NCBI GenBank assembly: GCA_964349515.1 | Contig: CAYGHG010000001.1 | Coordinates: 2,528-66,527, forward strand | Origin: an uncultured Spirochaetia bacterium | GTDB taxonomy: Bacteria; Oederibacteriota; PGYV01; CAYGHG01 | Length of the DNA stretch: 64,000 nucleotides | Reading direction: 5' to 3' | Part shown: piece after piece, positions 1 to 9,665 of the stretch | How the letters are laid out: the number at the start of each line of letters is the position of its first letter | Position numbering within the stretch: the stretch's first letter is position 1 | Position numbers and translations under genes: made by a program | Notes under the pieces: generated by a model | What the model was told of the DNA's origin: nothing | The model's database searches: none | What the model saw: the letters and a program-made list of their open reading frames with translations, nothing else

Positions 1-481
1 AATCCCTGCGAATACCGTTAACTTCTATCGTGCCGCTTATGGCGTGATTAAAACTCAGAACGCCGTGGTAACACTCCATTTTTGGCACATATCTGTACCA
101 CCCCATTACCCCGGGAGAAAACAGTTTTACGGGCCATGGGTGTATTCCCTCAAATTTAAGTTCTGCCCTGATACGCTTTCCTTCTGCATCTATGTCAAGT
201 TCTGCTCCCGAAAGGCTGAACCTGTTTTTTCCGATCCTGACGTCAAACTCATTTTCAGATGCAAAAAAATCATTCCTGTCATATCTGAAGTAGAAAGCAG
301 TTCCGGCAGATCTGTCAAAAAACTGAATAAACGAATGGCTCTTTTCCCCCGCCATTGATATGCCCGGTATAATAGAGACCGCTTCTGCGCCGTAAGAATC
401 AACACACTTAAAATACCACCCTTCAAAATAGCGGTCCGCTGTGAGCTTTCCCTGAAATACTTCCGGTTTGAATATTTTCAT
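1..481 (-). CDS. Partial CDS: N-terminal 160 codons of a tocopherol-cyclase-like (PF14249-like) protein; 3' part lies beyond the window start
   Basis: Hand translation of the minus frame from ATG at 481..479: MKIFKPEVFQGKLTADRYFEGWYFKCVDSYGAEAVSIIPG.... The open frame runs to position 1. It is absent from the ORF track because it is truncated. The FEGWYFK motif recalls the tocopherol cyclase family. It starts 2 nt after the yjbQ stop. Confidence 0.4.
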   Translation of the reverse strand, partial: MKIFKPEVFQGKLTADRYFEGWYFKCVDSYGAEAVSIIPGISMAGEKSHSFIQFFDRSAGTAFYFRYDRNDFFASENEFDVRIGKNRFSLSGAELDIDAEGKRIRAELKFEGIHPWPVKLFSPGVMGWYRYVPKMECYHGVLSFNHAISGTIEVNGIRRD

Positions 482-483
482 TA

Positions 484-897
484 TCACTCCCCGATTACTT
501 TTATCAATACCCTTTTATTTCTCTGCCCGTCAAACTCAGCATAAAATATCTGCTGCCACGGCCCAAAATCAAGCCTCCCGTCAGTTACCGGCGCAGTCAC
601 CTGATGGTGAAGCAGCAGGGATTTTAAATGTGATTCCGCATTGTCTTCTCCGGTCTGATGATGCTTGTAACCCGGATTCTTTGGCGCGAGTTTTTCAAGC
701 CACCCTTCTATATCGCTGATAAGGCCGCGCTCATCGTCATTTACATAAACAGAAGCTGTTATGTGCATAGCGGAAACAAGTACAAACCCTTCCTTTATTG
801 CTGATTTTTCAAGGGCCGATTCAACCTTCCCTGTAATATTTATGAACTCCGTCCTGTTCTTTGTACAAAATGTAAGATACTCTGTATATGTTTTCAT
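484..897 (-). CDS. YjbQ/UPF0047 family protein (secondary thiamine-phosphate synthase-like)
   Basis: 137-aa ORF. Strong similarity to E. coli YjbQ throughout (MKxYxEYLTFxT...NITxxVExAL...HTTAG...LRSxLLG...VPVxxGRLDxGxWQ...VLVKVIGE). Confidence 0.8.
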   Translation of the reverse strand: MKTYTEYLTFCTKNRTEFINITGKVESALEKSAIKEGFVLVSAMHITASVYVNDDERGLISDIEGWLEKLAPKNPGYKHHQTGEDNAESHLKSLLLHHQVTAPVTDGRLDFGPWQQIFYAEFDGQRNKRVLIKVIGE

Positions 898-940
898 CAG
901 CCCTCCATTTCATAATAATTATACCACACCTCTGCCGGAT

Positions 941-984
941 AAAACAAAAAGGCGCGGGCAATTCTGCCCGCGCCTTTTTGTTTT
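941..984. terminator. Bidirectional intrinsic terminator (GC-rich hairpin GGCGCGGGCA/TGCCCGCGCC flanked by an A-run and a T-run) downstream of fba
   Basis: aaaacaaaaaGGCGCGGGCAattcTGCCCGCGCCtttttgtttt. On the minus strand it reads as hairpin plus U-tract directly after the fba stop. Confidence 0.6.
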
Positions 985-993
985 ATCCGAAAT

Positions 994-1926
994 TTATGCT
1001 TTGCCGCTGCAGCCAAGCACGTTCTTTATCTTGTTTTTAACAACAGCTTTAATCGCATCCCTTGCCGGCCCCAGATACTTTCTCGGGTCAAATTCTTCCG
1101 GGTGAGTGGCGAAAACCTCCCTGATAGTAGCTGTCATGGCCAGCCTCAGATCAGAATCAATATTTATCTTTGCTACGCCCATTGCCGCGGCTTTTCTCAG
1201 AAAATCTTCAGGCACACCCTGTGCGCCCGGCATTTTACCGCCGTACTGGTTGCATTTTGCCACAAGTTCCTGAGGCACTGACGAAGCTCCGTGCAGTACG
1301 AGCGGATAGCCCGCAGGCACCATGTCCATTATTTTCTGCAGCCTGTCAAAATCAAGTTTTGCCTCACCCTTAAACTTATATGCACCATGGCTGGTTCCGA
1401 TAGCTATTGCCAGCGAATCCACACCTGTCTTTTTAATAAACTCCGCTGCCTGCTCCGGATCCGTAAACTTCGCATCAGCTGCAGAAACATTTACGTCGTC
1501 TTCTATACCGGCCAGTTTTCCGAGTTCGGCCTCTACAACAACGCCTTTAGAATGAGCATAGTCCACAACCTGCTTGGTTAGTTTTATGTTCTCCTCAAAA
1601 GGGTACTTTGAAGCGTCTATCATAACAGATGTAAAACCGCCGTCCACACAGGACTTGCAGATTTCAAAATCTTCGCCATGGTCAAGGTGAAGCGCTATAG
1701 GCAGCCCGCTGTCTTCTTCTGCAGCTTTAACAAGGTGTATAAGGTAACCCGGTCTTGCATATTTTCTGGCTCCTGCAGAAACCTGCAGTATAAGAGGTGC
1801 CTTTTCCTCCTTTGCGGCATCTACTATACCCTGAAGTATCTCCATATCATTCACATTAAAGGCGCCTACCGCATAGCCTTCCCTGTTTGCTCTTTCAAAC
1901 ATCTCCTTTGTTCCGACTAATGGCAT
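994..1926 (-). CDS. fba: Class II fructose-bisphosphate aldolase
   Basis: 310 aa. Class II FBA/tagatose-bisphosphate aldolase signatures (HLDHG, GxSSVPQE). Confidence 0.85.
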   Translation of the reverse strand: MPLVGTKEMFERANREGYAVGAFNVNDMEILQGIVDAAKEEKAPLILQVSAGARKYARPGYLIHLVKAAEEDSGLPIALHLDHGEDFEICKSCVDGGFTSVMIDASKYPFEENIKLTKQVVDYAHSKGVVVEAELGKLAGIEDDVNVSAADAKFTDPEQAAEFIKKTGVDSLAIAIGTSHGAYKFKGEAKLDFDRLQKIMDMVPAGYPLVLHGASSVPQELVAKCNQYGGKMPGAQGVPEDFLRKAAAMGVAKINIDSDLRLAMTATIREVFATHPEEFDPRKYLGPARDAIKAVVKNKIKNVLGCSGKA

Positions 1927-1950
1927 TTGACTACCTCCGTATATATTTTT

Positions 1951-2451
1951 TTACTTTTTAGATTCTTTCTTTTCTTCCTTTTTAGCCTCTTTTTTCTTCG
2001 TTTCTTTGGGTGCTTTTGGTTCTTTGGGCTGTTTTTCTTTTTTTACCTTTTCGCCCTTCTTTACTTCCTTTGGGTCTTCTTTCTTATACATTTTTTCCCT
2101 GTCTACAAATTCTATGTAGGCGGTTGGGGCATTGTCACCTTTTCTGAAAGAATACTTTATAATTCTGGTATATCCGCCGTTTCGCTCTTTAAAAACAGGC
2201 CCGATTTCATCAAAGAGTTTTTTTATGAGCTTTGGCTCGTTTACTTCTCTGGCGACCATCCTTCTGTCGTGAACAGTGCCATTTTTTGCCCTGGTAACCA
2301 TAGGTTCTACAAATTCCCTGATAACCTTTGCTTTAGATACCGTTGTAAGTATCCTGCCGTGCTGTATCAGCTGCTTTACCAGTATCCTTATGAGCGCTTT
2401 TCTGGCGTCTTTAGGCCTGGAAAACTTCTTTCCTTTCTTATTGTGTCTCAT
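1951..2451 (-). CDS. rplQ: 50S ribosomal protein L17 with about 40-aa Lys/Glu-rich C-terminal tail
   Basis: MRHNKKGKKFSRPKDARKAL... has the canonical L17 N-terminus. The tail KKEDPKEVKKGEKVKKEKQPKEPKAPKETKKKEAKKEEKKESKK has no counterpart in E. coli L17. Confidence 0.9.
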   Translation of the reverse strand: MRHNKKGKKFSRPKDARKALIRILVKQLIQHGRILTTVSKAKVIREFVEPMVTRAKNGTVHDRRMVAREVNEPKLIKKLFDEIGPVFKERNGGYTRIIKYSFRKGDNAPTAYIEFVDREKMYKKEDPKEVKKGEKVKKEKQPKEPKAPKETKKKEAKKEEKKESKK

Positions 2452-2468
2452 TTATCAGAATCTCCTTT

Positions 2469-3461
2469 TTACTTTTTACCTGTCTTTTTTACTTCTTTAA
2501 TTACCTCTTTGTCTATCTTCATTCCAAGCCCCATTCCCATTTCAGAAAGGACTTCTTTTATCTCATTAAGTGATTTTCTGCCGAAATTCCTGTATTTAAG
2601 CATATCCACTTCGCTTTTTGTCACAAGATCCGCGATAGACTTTATATTCGCATTTTTCAGGCAGTTAGACGAGCGCACAGAAAGCTCCAGCTCTTCCACG
2701 CTTTTAGACAGCATGTTTTTAAGCTTTTCTTTCTCTTCGTCAATCTTGTCATCTTTTATTTCAATATCGCCTTCCTGTGTTATAAAAATATTCAGATATT
2801 CCCTGAGAATCAGGGCCGCCTGCGTTAGGGATGTTTCGGGAGATATTCTTCCGTCCGTGGATATCTCAAGCACCAGCTTGTCATAATCGGTTATCTGCCC
2901 TACCCTTGTATTTTCAACGTCAAGTTTCACGTTGGTAACCGGGGTAAAAACAGAATCCACAGGCAGTGTGCCTATAGGCATATCAGCCCTTTTGTTTTTA
3001 TCCGCCGTCACATAACCTCTTCCGTTGTCAACTTCAAATTCAACAATCAGCCTTGCCTCCCTGCTCGTCATCGTCGCAATGTGCAGCTCCGGATTCAGCA
3101 CTTTCACGTCAGAATCCAGTTTGATATCCCCTGCCGTGACCTGGCGCTCGCCTGATACGTCAAGATAGACTTTTTTAGGGGCATCTCCTTCAAGGACAAT
3201 TTTCAGCTGTTTGATGTTTAAAAGTATCTCCGAGACGTCTTCCATTACTCCGTTTATGGTCGCAAACTCATGCTGAGCGCCCTCTATTTTCACGGAAGTA
3301 ACAGCCGAACCCGGTATTGAAGACAGAAGAATCCTCCTCAACGCATTTCCTATAGCTACGGCATAGCCCCTTTCAAAAGGCTCAGATATAAACCGCCCGA
3401 ACTTTTCTCCAACATCTTCTTTATCAAGTTTTTTGGGCTTTTGCAGGTTTTTCCACTTCAT
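2469..3461 (-). CDS. rpoA: DNA-directed RNA polymerase subunit alpha
   Basis: 330 aa with N-terminal dimerisation domain and C-terminal domain motifs. Sits at the conserved position after rpsD. Confidence 0.9.
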   Translation of the reverse strand: MKWKNLQKPKKLDKEDVGEKFGRFISEPFERGYAVAIGNALRRILLSSIPGSAVTSVKIEGAQHEFATINGVMEDVSEILLNIKQLKIVLEGDAPKKVYLDVSGERQVTAGDIKLDSDVKVLNPELHIATMTSREARLIVEFEVDNGRGYVTADKNKRADMPIGTLPVDSVFTPVTNVKLDVENTRVGQITDYDKLVLEISTDGRISPETSLTQAALILREYLNIFITQEGDIEIKDDKIDEEKEKLKNMLSKSVEELELSVRSSNCLKNANIKSIADLVTKSEVDMLKYRNFGRKSLNEIKEVLSEMGMGLGMKIDKEVIKEVKKTGKK

Positions 3462-3489
3462 CTTTTAACCCCTTTCCTGTCGTATATTG

Positions 3490-4122
3490 TTATTTGGAAT
3501 ACAACTCAACTATGAGCTGTTCCTGTATCGGCAGAGCTATATCGGTCCTGACAGGGTCGTTTTTTATCGTGCATTCTTTCTTGTCAAAATTAATTTCCAT
3601 CCACGTAGGAACTGTTTTCTTTTTCTGTGCGTCAGCCATAGCCTTCTTTACAGATTCAAGATTCATCCCTTTTTCATTGACAGTTATAACCTCTCCGGGC
3701 CTGACCTGATATGAAGGGATTGTCACTTTTTTTCCCTTTACAATCACCAGCCCGTGATTTACAAGCTGCCTCGCAACCCTTCTGGAAACCGCAAAACCGG
3801 CCTTATACACAGTGTTATCAAGCCTTTTTTCAAGAATTTTAAGGAGGTTTTCACCGGTTTCACCGCTGCGCCTGTTTGCCTCTTCATAATACTTCCTGAA
3901 CTGCTTCTCGAAAACACCATATATCCTCTTTACCTTCTGTTTTTCCCTGAGCTGTTTTCCGTATTCTGATATTTTTCTTCTCTGGTTCTCGTGATGCTGC
4001 CCGGGAATATAAGGCCTTCTTGAAAAACCGCATTTATCCGTAAGACATCTGTCTCCTTTTAAAAAGAGCTTGATGCCTTCTCTCCTGCACAACCTGCATA
4101 ATGCCTTAGTGTATCTTGCCAA
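3490..4122 (-). CDS. rpsD: 30S ribosomal protein S4 (zinc-binding N-terminal CxxC..CxxxxC variant)
   Basis: [16 protein letters not shown]...DKCGF followed by the S4 domain. Confidence 0.9.
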   Translation of the reverse strand: MARYTKALCRLCRREGIKLFLKGDRCLTDKCGFSRRPYIPGQHHENQRRKISEYGKQLREKQKVKRIYGVFEKQFRKYYEEANRRSGETGENLLKILEKRLDNTVYKAGFAVSRRVARQLVNHGLVIVKGKKVTIPSYQVRPGEVITVNEKGMNLESVKKAMADAQKKKTVPTWMEINFDKKECTIKNDPVRTDIALPIQEQLIVELYSK

Positions 4123-4148
4123 TGTAAATCTCCTCCTTGATTATGAGT

Positions 4149-4520
4149 TTATACCCTTCTCTTTTTAGGCGGCCTGCACCCGTTATGGGGTATAGGCGTT
4201 ACATCTTTAATTGAAAGTATTTCAAGCCCTGAGGCCTGAAGCGCCCTTATGGACGGCTCCCTTCCTTCTCCCGGGCCCTTTACAAGAACATCAAGCTTTC
4301 TGACGCCAGCGTCAAACGCCTGCTTGCCCGCTTTCTCAGCCGCAAGCTGCGCGGCAAAAGGCGTAGATTTTCTGGACCCTTTCATTCCCACCATACCGCC
4401 GCTTGCCCAGGCTATTACTTCGCCCTCTTTTGTTGTTATGCTGATAATAGTGTTGTTAAATGTAGACTTAATCCTGGCAACTGCTGTTTCTGGTACTGCT
4501 TTTGCTTTTTTCTTGCTCAA
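4149..4520 (-). CDS. rpsK: 30S ribosomal protein S11
   Basis: 123 aa. Conserved S11 C-terminus (...[10 protein letters not shown]). Confidence 0.9.
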   Translation of the reverse strand: MSKKKAKAVPETAVARIKSTFNNTIISITTKEGEVIAWASGGMVGMKGSRKSTPFAAQLAAEKAGKQAFDAGVRKLDVLVKGPGEGREPSIRALQASGLEILSIKDVTPIPHNGCRPPKKRRV

Positions 4521-4576
4521 GTAAAAATACCTCCTTCAAATTATTAAATCCTGTATTTCACCCTATAGGGGTTGTT

Positions 4577-4957
4577 TTATACTATGCCGCCCTTTTTCGC
4601 GCCGACAGTTCTTCTGGGGCCTTTGCGGGTTCTTGCATTTGTTCTGGTCCTCTGACCTCTCACAGGCAGCCCCTTACGGTGCCTCAAACCCCTGTAACAG
4701 CCGATGTCCATAAGCCTCTTTATATTCTGCTGTACTTCTTTTCTCAGGTCGCCTTCCACTTTCAGCCCTTTTTTTAGAAGAGTTTCCTGGATTCTGTAAA
4801 CTTCGTCTTCTGTCAGGTTCTGAACCCTCGTGTCAGGGTTTACCTTCGCATTGCTGAGAATCTCTTTGGAAAGAGAATCACCCACGCCGTAAACATACGT
4901 TAGGGCAATTTCAATTCTTTTGTTCTTTGGTAAATCAACTCCGACTATACGTGCCAA
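4577..4957 (-). CDS. rpsM: 30S ribosomal protein S13
   Basis: [26 protein letters not shown]... matches S13. Confidence 0.9.
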   Translation of the reverse strand: MARIVGVDLPKNKRIEIALTYVYGVGDSLSKEILSNAKVNPDTRVQNLTEDEVYRIQETLLKKGLKVEGDLRKEVQQNIKRLMDIGCYRGLRHRKGLPVRGQRTRTNARTRKGPRRTVGAKKGGIV

Positions 4958-4969
4958 TGTTAAGCCTCC

Positions 4970-5083
4970 TTATCCCTGTCTCTGTTTGTGCTTGGGATTA
5001 TCGCATATTACCCTTACTTTGCCTTTTCTCTTTATAACCTTGCATTTCTCACATACCTTTTTTACAGAAGCTCTTACTTTCAT
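4970..5083 (-). CDS. rpmJ: 50S ribosomal protein L36 (zinc-binding form)
   Basis: Hand translation gives [37 protein letters not shown] (37 aa) with GGAGG 7 nt upstream. Below the ORF-track size cutoff. Confidence 0.85.
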   Translation of the reverse strand: MKVRASVKKVCEKCKVIKRKGKVRVICDNPKHKQRQG

Positions 5084-5098
5084 TTGTTCCTCCGTCCT

Positions 5099-5347
5099 TT
5101 ATTGTGGCGCTTTGTCCTGGGGTCTTTGTTTTCCGTGCCTGTATATTATCCTTCCCTTGCTTAAGTCATAAGGTGAAAGCTGCACGGTAACCTTATCGCC
5201 AGGAAGAAGCTTGATAAAATTCATCCTCATTTTTCCCGACACATGAGCTAGTACCTTGTGCCCGTTAGACAGTTCAACCCTAAACGTGGCATTCGGGAGC
5301 GGCTCAACTATCTGCCCTTCCGCTTCTATCAGATCTTCCTTTGACAT
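5099..5347 (-). CDS. infA: Translation initiation factor IF-1
   Basis: 82 aa with an S1-like fold ([41 protein letters not shown]...). Confidence 0.9.
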   Translation of the reverse strand: MSKEDLIEAEGQIVEPLPNATFRVELSNGHKVLAHVSGKMRMNFIKLLPGDKVTVQLSPYDLSKGRIIYRHGKQRPQDKAPQ

Positions 5348-5368
5348 TTCACGTCCTTTTCTTTTTTT

Positions 5369-6118
5369 TTACAGACTCAAAATTCTGGGCCCGTTTTCGG
5401 TTATTGCTATTGTATGTTCAAAATGAGCCGATAAACCTCCGTCTGCCGAAACAACAGTCCACTCGTCTCCCTGAACTATAACTTCAAAGCCTTTCTCGTT
5501 AACCATCGGCTCAATCGCCAGAACCATTCCCGGCTTAAGATCTATTCCGGTGCCTTCTTTACCGAAGTTAGGCACCAGAGGGTCTTCGTGCAGGTTTCGT
5601 CCAATACCGTGCCCCACGAAATCCCTAACTACTGAAAAACCATAGTCTTCCGCCCTGCGTTGGACCGCGGCGGAAATATCATAAAGCTTTTTTCCGGCCC
5701 TTGCGTTTTCTATGCCGTCCGCGAGCGCATGTTTCGTAGCCTCCATTAGTTTTGAGGCAACAAGGCTGACCGCACCTACCGGAACCGTTATAGCCGCATC
5801 ACCGTAAAAACCTCCGCACTCTATTCCGAAGTCTATGCTCACTATATCACCTTCTTTGAGAAGCCTTTTCTTTGAAGGTATGCCGTGAACAACCTCGCAA
5901 TTTACCGAAGCGCAGATAGCTGCGGGATATCCTCTGTAACCGAGAAAAGCCGGCCTGGCCTTATGCAAAGCCGCAATTTTTCTCGCTTCAGCGTCAAGCT
6001 CCAGTGTTGAAATACCCGGTTTTATCATCTCTTTAAGCCTGTTAAGAACTTCAGCAACTATTTTACAGCTTTTTTCGATTCTATTTATTTCATCCTTGCT
6101 TTTTAATTCTATCATCAA
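5369..6118 (-). CDS. map: Type I methionine aminopeptidase
   Basis: 249 aa with MetAP-I metal-binding motifs. Confidence 0.85.
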   Translation of the reverse strand: MMIELKSKDEINRIEKSCKIVAEVLNRLKEMIKPGISTLELDAEARKIAALHKARPAFLGYRGYPAAICASVNCEVVHGIPSKKRLLKEGDIVSIDFGIECGGFYGDAAITVPVGAVSLVASKLMEATKHALADGIENARAGKKLYDISAAVQRRAEDYGFSVVRDFVGHGIGRNLHEDPLVPNFGKEGTGIDLKPGMVLAIEPMVNEKGFEVIVQGDEWTVVSADGGLSAHFEHTIAITENGPRILSL

Positions 6119-6121
6119 ATA

Positions 6122-6769
6122 TCAGCTTCCAAGAGCCTCTTTGATCTTTGCCGCAATTTCTTCAATCGTGCCTGCAGAAGCATTAACGTCTTTTAAAATA
6201 TTTCTCGCCTTGTAGTAATCAATAAGCGGCGCTGTCTGGTGTTCATAAACCTTCAGCCTGTTGGCTATGACTTCCTCTTTGTCGTCATCGCGCTGATAAA
6301 GCCCGCCGGAGCACTTGTCGCATACGCCTTCGGATTTTGGAGGCAGAGTGTTCACGTTAAAATTCGCCCCGCACTGCCTGCACATACGCCTGCCTGTAAG
6401 CCTTTTAAAAAGCACTTCACTGTCTACTATAATATTGATTACTCCGTCCAGCTTCAATCCGTTTTTTTCAAATATAGAACCGAGGGAATTCGCCTGTTCC
6501 ACTGTTCTCGGAAAACCGTCAAGCAGAAAACCGGGCTTGCAATCAGGCTCTTTTATCCTGTCGTCAACAATTCCTACTATCACTTCGTCAGGGACAAGAA
6601 GCCCTTTATCCATATAATCCTTTGCTTTCAGCCCCATATCAGTACCGGCTTTAACCGAAGCCCTCAAAATGTCTCCCGTTGAAATCTGCGGTATCCCATA
6701 CATGTCTATAAGCTTCTGCGAATAAGTCCCTTTACCTGCGCCCGGAGGCCCCAGCAAAATAAATCTCAT
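6122..6769 (-). CDS. adk: Adenylate kinase with Cys4 zinc lid
   Basis: MRFILLGPPGAGKGT is the P-loop. The lid carries CRQCG...CDKCSG. Confidence 0.9.
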   Translation of the reverse strand: MRFILLGPPGAGKGTYSQKLIDMYGIPQISTGDILRASVKAGTDMGLKAKDYMDKGLLVPDEVIVGIVDDRIKEPDCKPGFLLDGFPRTVEQANSLGSIFEKNGLKLDGVINIIVDSEVLFKRLTGRRMCRQCGANFNVNTLPPKSEGVCDKCSGGLYQRDDDKEEVIANRLKVYEHQTAPLIDYYKARNILKDVNASAGTIEEIAAKIKEALGS

Positions 6770-6790
6770 TTTTCTACCTCCACAAATTTT

Positions 6791-8119
6791 TTATGCCCTT
6801 CTGCCCCTTATGCGGCCGGACTTCATAAACCCGTCATAATGCCTCATAAGCAGATGGGATTCAATCTGCGAAACAGTATCCAGTGCCACACCGACCACGA
6901 TAAGAATTGTCGTCCCTCCGAAATAATATCCTATTTCAAGAATACCGCCCATCAAGTCGGGTATTATGGCAATTAAAAGTATCATCGACGCTCCGCCGAT
7001 AGTAATATGCGTAAGTATGTTGTTAATGTAATCCGCGGTCGGCTGCCCCGGCCTTATTCCCGGAACAAAACCGCCGTTCTTTTTCATGTTATCCGCGATA
7101 TCATTAGGGTTAAAAGTAATCGCTGTGTAAAAATAACAGAAGAAAACTATCAAGGCGGCATATATCAGTATATATATGGCTCCACCGGGAGACATCCATG
7201 TTATCACGAAATTTACAACATCCTGAAAAATCCCTGTCTGCCCCGGCCTTTCAAGCATCTTTGCCGCCATTGACGGTATAATCATAATGGATGATGCAAA
7301 TATAACAGCTATAACACCGGAATAATCGATTTTTAGCGGTAACTGTGTGCTCTGTCCCCTGTAAATCTTTCTTCCGACAATTCTTTGAGCATACTGAACC
7401 GGTATTTTTCTAAAAGACTGCTGGGAAACAACGGCTACAGCGGTAAGCGCCAGCATAATAGCTATAAAAGCTATCACGTGAAAAAGCGTTATTGTCCCTG
7501 CAGATAAAAGTGCTATCATGTTGGCCATCTGGGCAGGAACGCTAGCGATAATACCGGCAAGAATGAGCATTGACATCCCGTTGCCGATACCATACTCTGT
7601 CATCTGCTCACCAAGCCACATAAGAAAAATAGTTCCCGCCGTAAGCGTCAGCATAGTGGTTAAAACAAAAAACCAGTTAAAAACAGGAACCACAGGCATT
7701 CCTCCGACTTCAATACTTTTCAGCCAGAACGTGATCCCAAAACTCTGAATAAGACATATCCCTACTGTAAGAAACCTTGTATACTGTGTTATTTTCTTTC
7801 TGCCTGCATCGCCTTCTTTTTTAAGCGCCTCAAGCGCCGGTACTACAGATGTTAACAGCTGCAGTATGATGGAAGCCGATATATAAGGCATAATTCCGAG
7901 AGCAAAAATAGCAAACTGGCTGAGCGAACCGCCTGAAAAAAGATCAAGCAAACCCAGGATTCCGCCGCCCTGCTGGCTCACAAGCATATTCATAAGGTGG
8001 GCGTTTACACCGGGCGTGGGCACGTGGGCTCCAAGCCTGAATACAAAAAGCATGCCCAGCACGAAAAACAGCCTTTTTCTCAACTCGGGAATCCTGAATA
8101 TGTTGGCTATGGGGTTCAT
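6791..8119 (-). CDS. secY: Preprotein translocase subunit SecY
   Basis: 442 aa, polytopic, at the conserved position after rplO. Confidence 0.9.
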   Translation of the reverse strand: MNPIANIFRIPELRKRLFFVLGMLFVFRLGAHVPTPGVNAHLMNMLVSQQGGGILGLLDLFSGGSLSQFAIFALGIMPYISASIILQLLTSVVPALEALKKEGDAGRKKITQYTRFLTVGICLIQSFGITFWLKSIEVGGMPVVPVFNWFFVLTTMLTLTAGTIFLMWLGEQMTEYGIGNGMSMLILAGIIASVPAQMANMIALLSAGTITLFHVIAFIAIMLALTAVAVVSQQSFRKIPVQYAQRIVGRKIYRGQSTQLPLKIDYSGVIAVIFASSIMIIPSMAAKMLERPGQTGIFQDVVNFVITWMSPGGAIYILIYAALIVFFCYFYTAITFNPNDIADNMKKNGGFVPGIRPGQPTADYINNILTHITIGGASMILLIAIIPDLMGGILEIGYYFGGTTILIVVGVALDTVSQIESHLLMRHYDGFMKSGRIRGRRA

Positions 8120-8565
8120 TTTACAGCCTCTGCCTCTCCACCTGAATTTTTAATCTTTTCCACGGCTTTTGCCGAGAATTTATCGGCCGAAACTTTTAGT
8201 TTTTTTGTAACATCGCCTTCCGATAAAATCTTTACAGGCTTTAATGCGTCTTTAATACAGCCTTTGTCAACCATTGCTTTTTTGTCAACCACTGCCCCGT
8301 CTTCAAATTTCTCATTAATAAAACCAACGTTAACTATCTGATATGATTTACTGAAAATTGTATTATTAAAACCTGATTTGGGGATCCTCTGAGTCATTCT
8401 CTGCTGCCCTCCCTCAAACCACGGCGATTTCCCACCGCCGCTTCTAGAGTGCTGTCCCTTTTCGCCTCGTCCGGCAGTTTTACCTATGCCGCTTCCAATA
8501 CCCCTGGCTACTCTTACTCTCTTTATTCTTTTTTTGCTGTTTATTTTCAAATCGGCTATTTTCAT
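8116..8565 (-). CDS. rplO: 50S ribosomal protein L15
   Basis: 149 aa, Gly/Arg-rich L15 signature. Confidence 0.9.
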   Translation of the reverse strand: MKIADLKINSKKRIKRVRVARGIGSGIGKTAGRGEKGQHSRSGGGKSPWFEGGQQRMTQRIPKSGFNNTIFSKSYQIVNVGFINEKFEDGAVVDKKAMVDKGCIKDALKPVKILSEGDVTKKLKVSADKFSAKAVEKIKNSGGEAEAVK

Positions 8566-8577
8566 TTTTTCCTCCGC

Positions 8578-8760
8578 TTATTTCACTTCTTCAACTTCAA
8601 ACATGTAAGCTATTTTTCTTAAAGCACCCCTGACAGAGGGCGTGTCTTCAAACATTTTTGATTTTCCTATTTTTCTTAAGCCAAATGTCTCAAGAATTTT
8701 CTTGTCACGGATATTTACTCCTGCCTTGCTCCTTTTCAGGGTCACTTTTAGTTTTGACAT
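8578..8760 (-). CDS. rpmD: 50S ribosomal protein L30
   Basis: 60 aa (MSKLKVTLKRS...). Confidence 0.85.
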   Translation of the reverse strand: MSKLKVTLKRSKAGVNIRDKKILETFGLRKIGKSKMFEDTPSVRGALRKIAYMFEVEEVK

Positions 8761-8761
8761 T

Positions 8762-9250
8762 TTATTTCCCCTTCCTCAGCGCAATAATTTTTTCCGGGTC
8801 CTGCAGCTGGCTAAGCGCGTCAAAGGTCGCATACACAAGGTTAAAAGCGTTCGTGGTTCTGCCAACGCATTTTGAAAGTATATCGTGTATGCCTGCCGAC
8901 TCAACGATAGCCCTGGTTGCGGCACCGGCTATTACGCCTGTACCGGCACAAGCCGGTTTAAGCAGGACCTTGGCAGCGCCGAATTTACCTGTTACTTCAA
9001 AAGGAATTGTTGTATCCTTCATCGGTATTTTCACAAGGTTCTTCTTGCCGTTTGCAACTGCCTTTCGTATGGCATCAGGCACTTCCCTGGCTTTTCCCAT
9101 TCCATAACCCACATGCCCGTGTCCGTCGCCCACTATGGCAAGAACGCTGAATTTAAATCTTTTACCGCCTTTTACAACTTTGGCGACTCTGTTTATGTTT
9201 ACTATTCTCTCTTTCAGGTCAAGCTTTGTATGATCTATCCTTTCTTTCAA
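8762..9250 (-). CDS. rpsE: 30S ribosomal protein S5
   Basis: S5 core (VNRVAKVVKGGKRF...). The ORF-track start at 9304 (TTG) would overlap rplR by 38 nt. An in-frame TTG at 9250 preceded by GGGAGG fits better. Confidence 0.85.
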   Translation of the reverse strand: MKERIDHTKLDLKERIVNINRVAKVVKGGKRFKFSVLAIVGDGHGHVGYGMGKAREVPDAIRKAVANGKKNLVKIPMKDTTIPFEVTGKFGAAKVLLKPACAGTGVIAGAATRAIVESAGIHDILSKCVGRTTNAFNLVYATFDALSQLQDPEKIIALRKGK

Positions 9251-9266
9251 GGCAACCTCCCGGTTA

Positions 9267-9641
9267 TTAAAAATTAATTCCGTTTTTTCTGGCAGTGTCG
9301 GCAAAAACTTTTACAACTCCGTGATACTTGTTGCCGCCCCTGTCAAAAACTACGGTTGTTATATTTTTTTCCTTGCATTTAGCCGCAATAGCTTCGCCTA
9401 GTTTTTCGGCGGATTTCATGTTTGAGCCCTTCACAGAGCCTTTAAGCTCTTTTGAGACAGTGGTTACTCCCAGTATTGTCTTGTGGTTCAGGTCATCAAT
9501 TACCTGGGCTGCAAGCGATGTGCTGCCGCGAAACAGGCAAAGCCTCGGTTTTTCAGCAGAGCCTTTGATTTTCTTTCTGGCCCGCTCATGCCTTAATTCC
9601 CTTTTAACCCTTTTAACATCTGTATGTTTGCTTTTTTTCAT
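9267..9641 (-). CDS. rplR: 50S ribosomal protein L18
   Basis: 124 aa, L18 signature. Confidence 0.9.
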   Translation of the reverse strand: MKKSKHTDVKRVKRELRHERARKKIKGSAEKPRLCLFRGSTSLAAQVIDDLNHKTILGVTTVSKELKGSVKGSNMKSAEKLGEAIAAKCKEKNITTVVFDRGGNKYHGVVKVFADTARKNGINF

Positions 9642-9665
9642 TTATCTTCCATCCTCCGGATCATC

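Noticed and set aside
1927-2886. 319-aa plus-strand ORF, extremely Phe/Leu-rich
   Set aside because: It is the antisense mirror of the Lys/Glu-rich L17 tail and of rpoA. It has no RBS, is low complexity, and is fully overlapped by two high-confidence genes.
6239-6682. Plus-strand ORFs of 147 and 100 aa
   Set aside because: They are antisense to the well-supported adk gene.
8762-9304. ORF-track S5 start (TTG at 9304) overlapping rplR by 38 nt
   Set aside because: An in-frame TTG at 9250 with a GGGAGG RBS gives a canonical-length S5 without the overlap. The track appears to extend ORFs to the most upstream alternative start; the same applies to purH at 47417 versus 47366.
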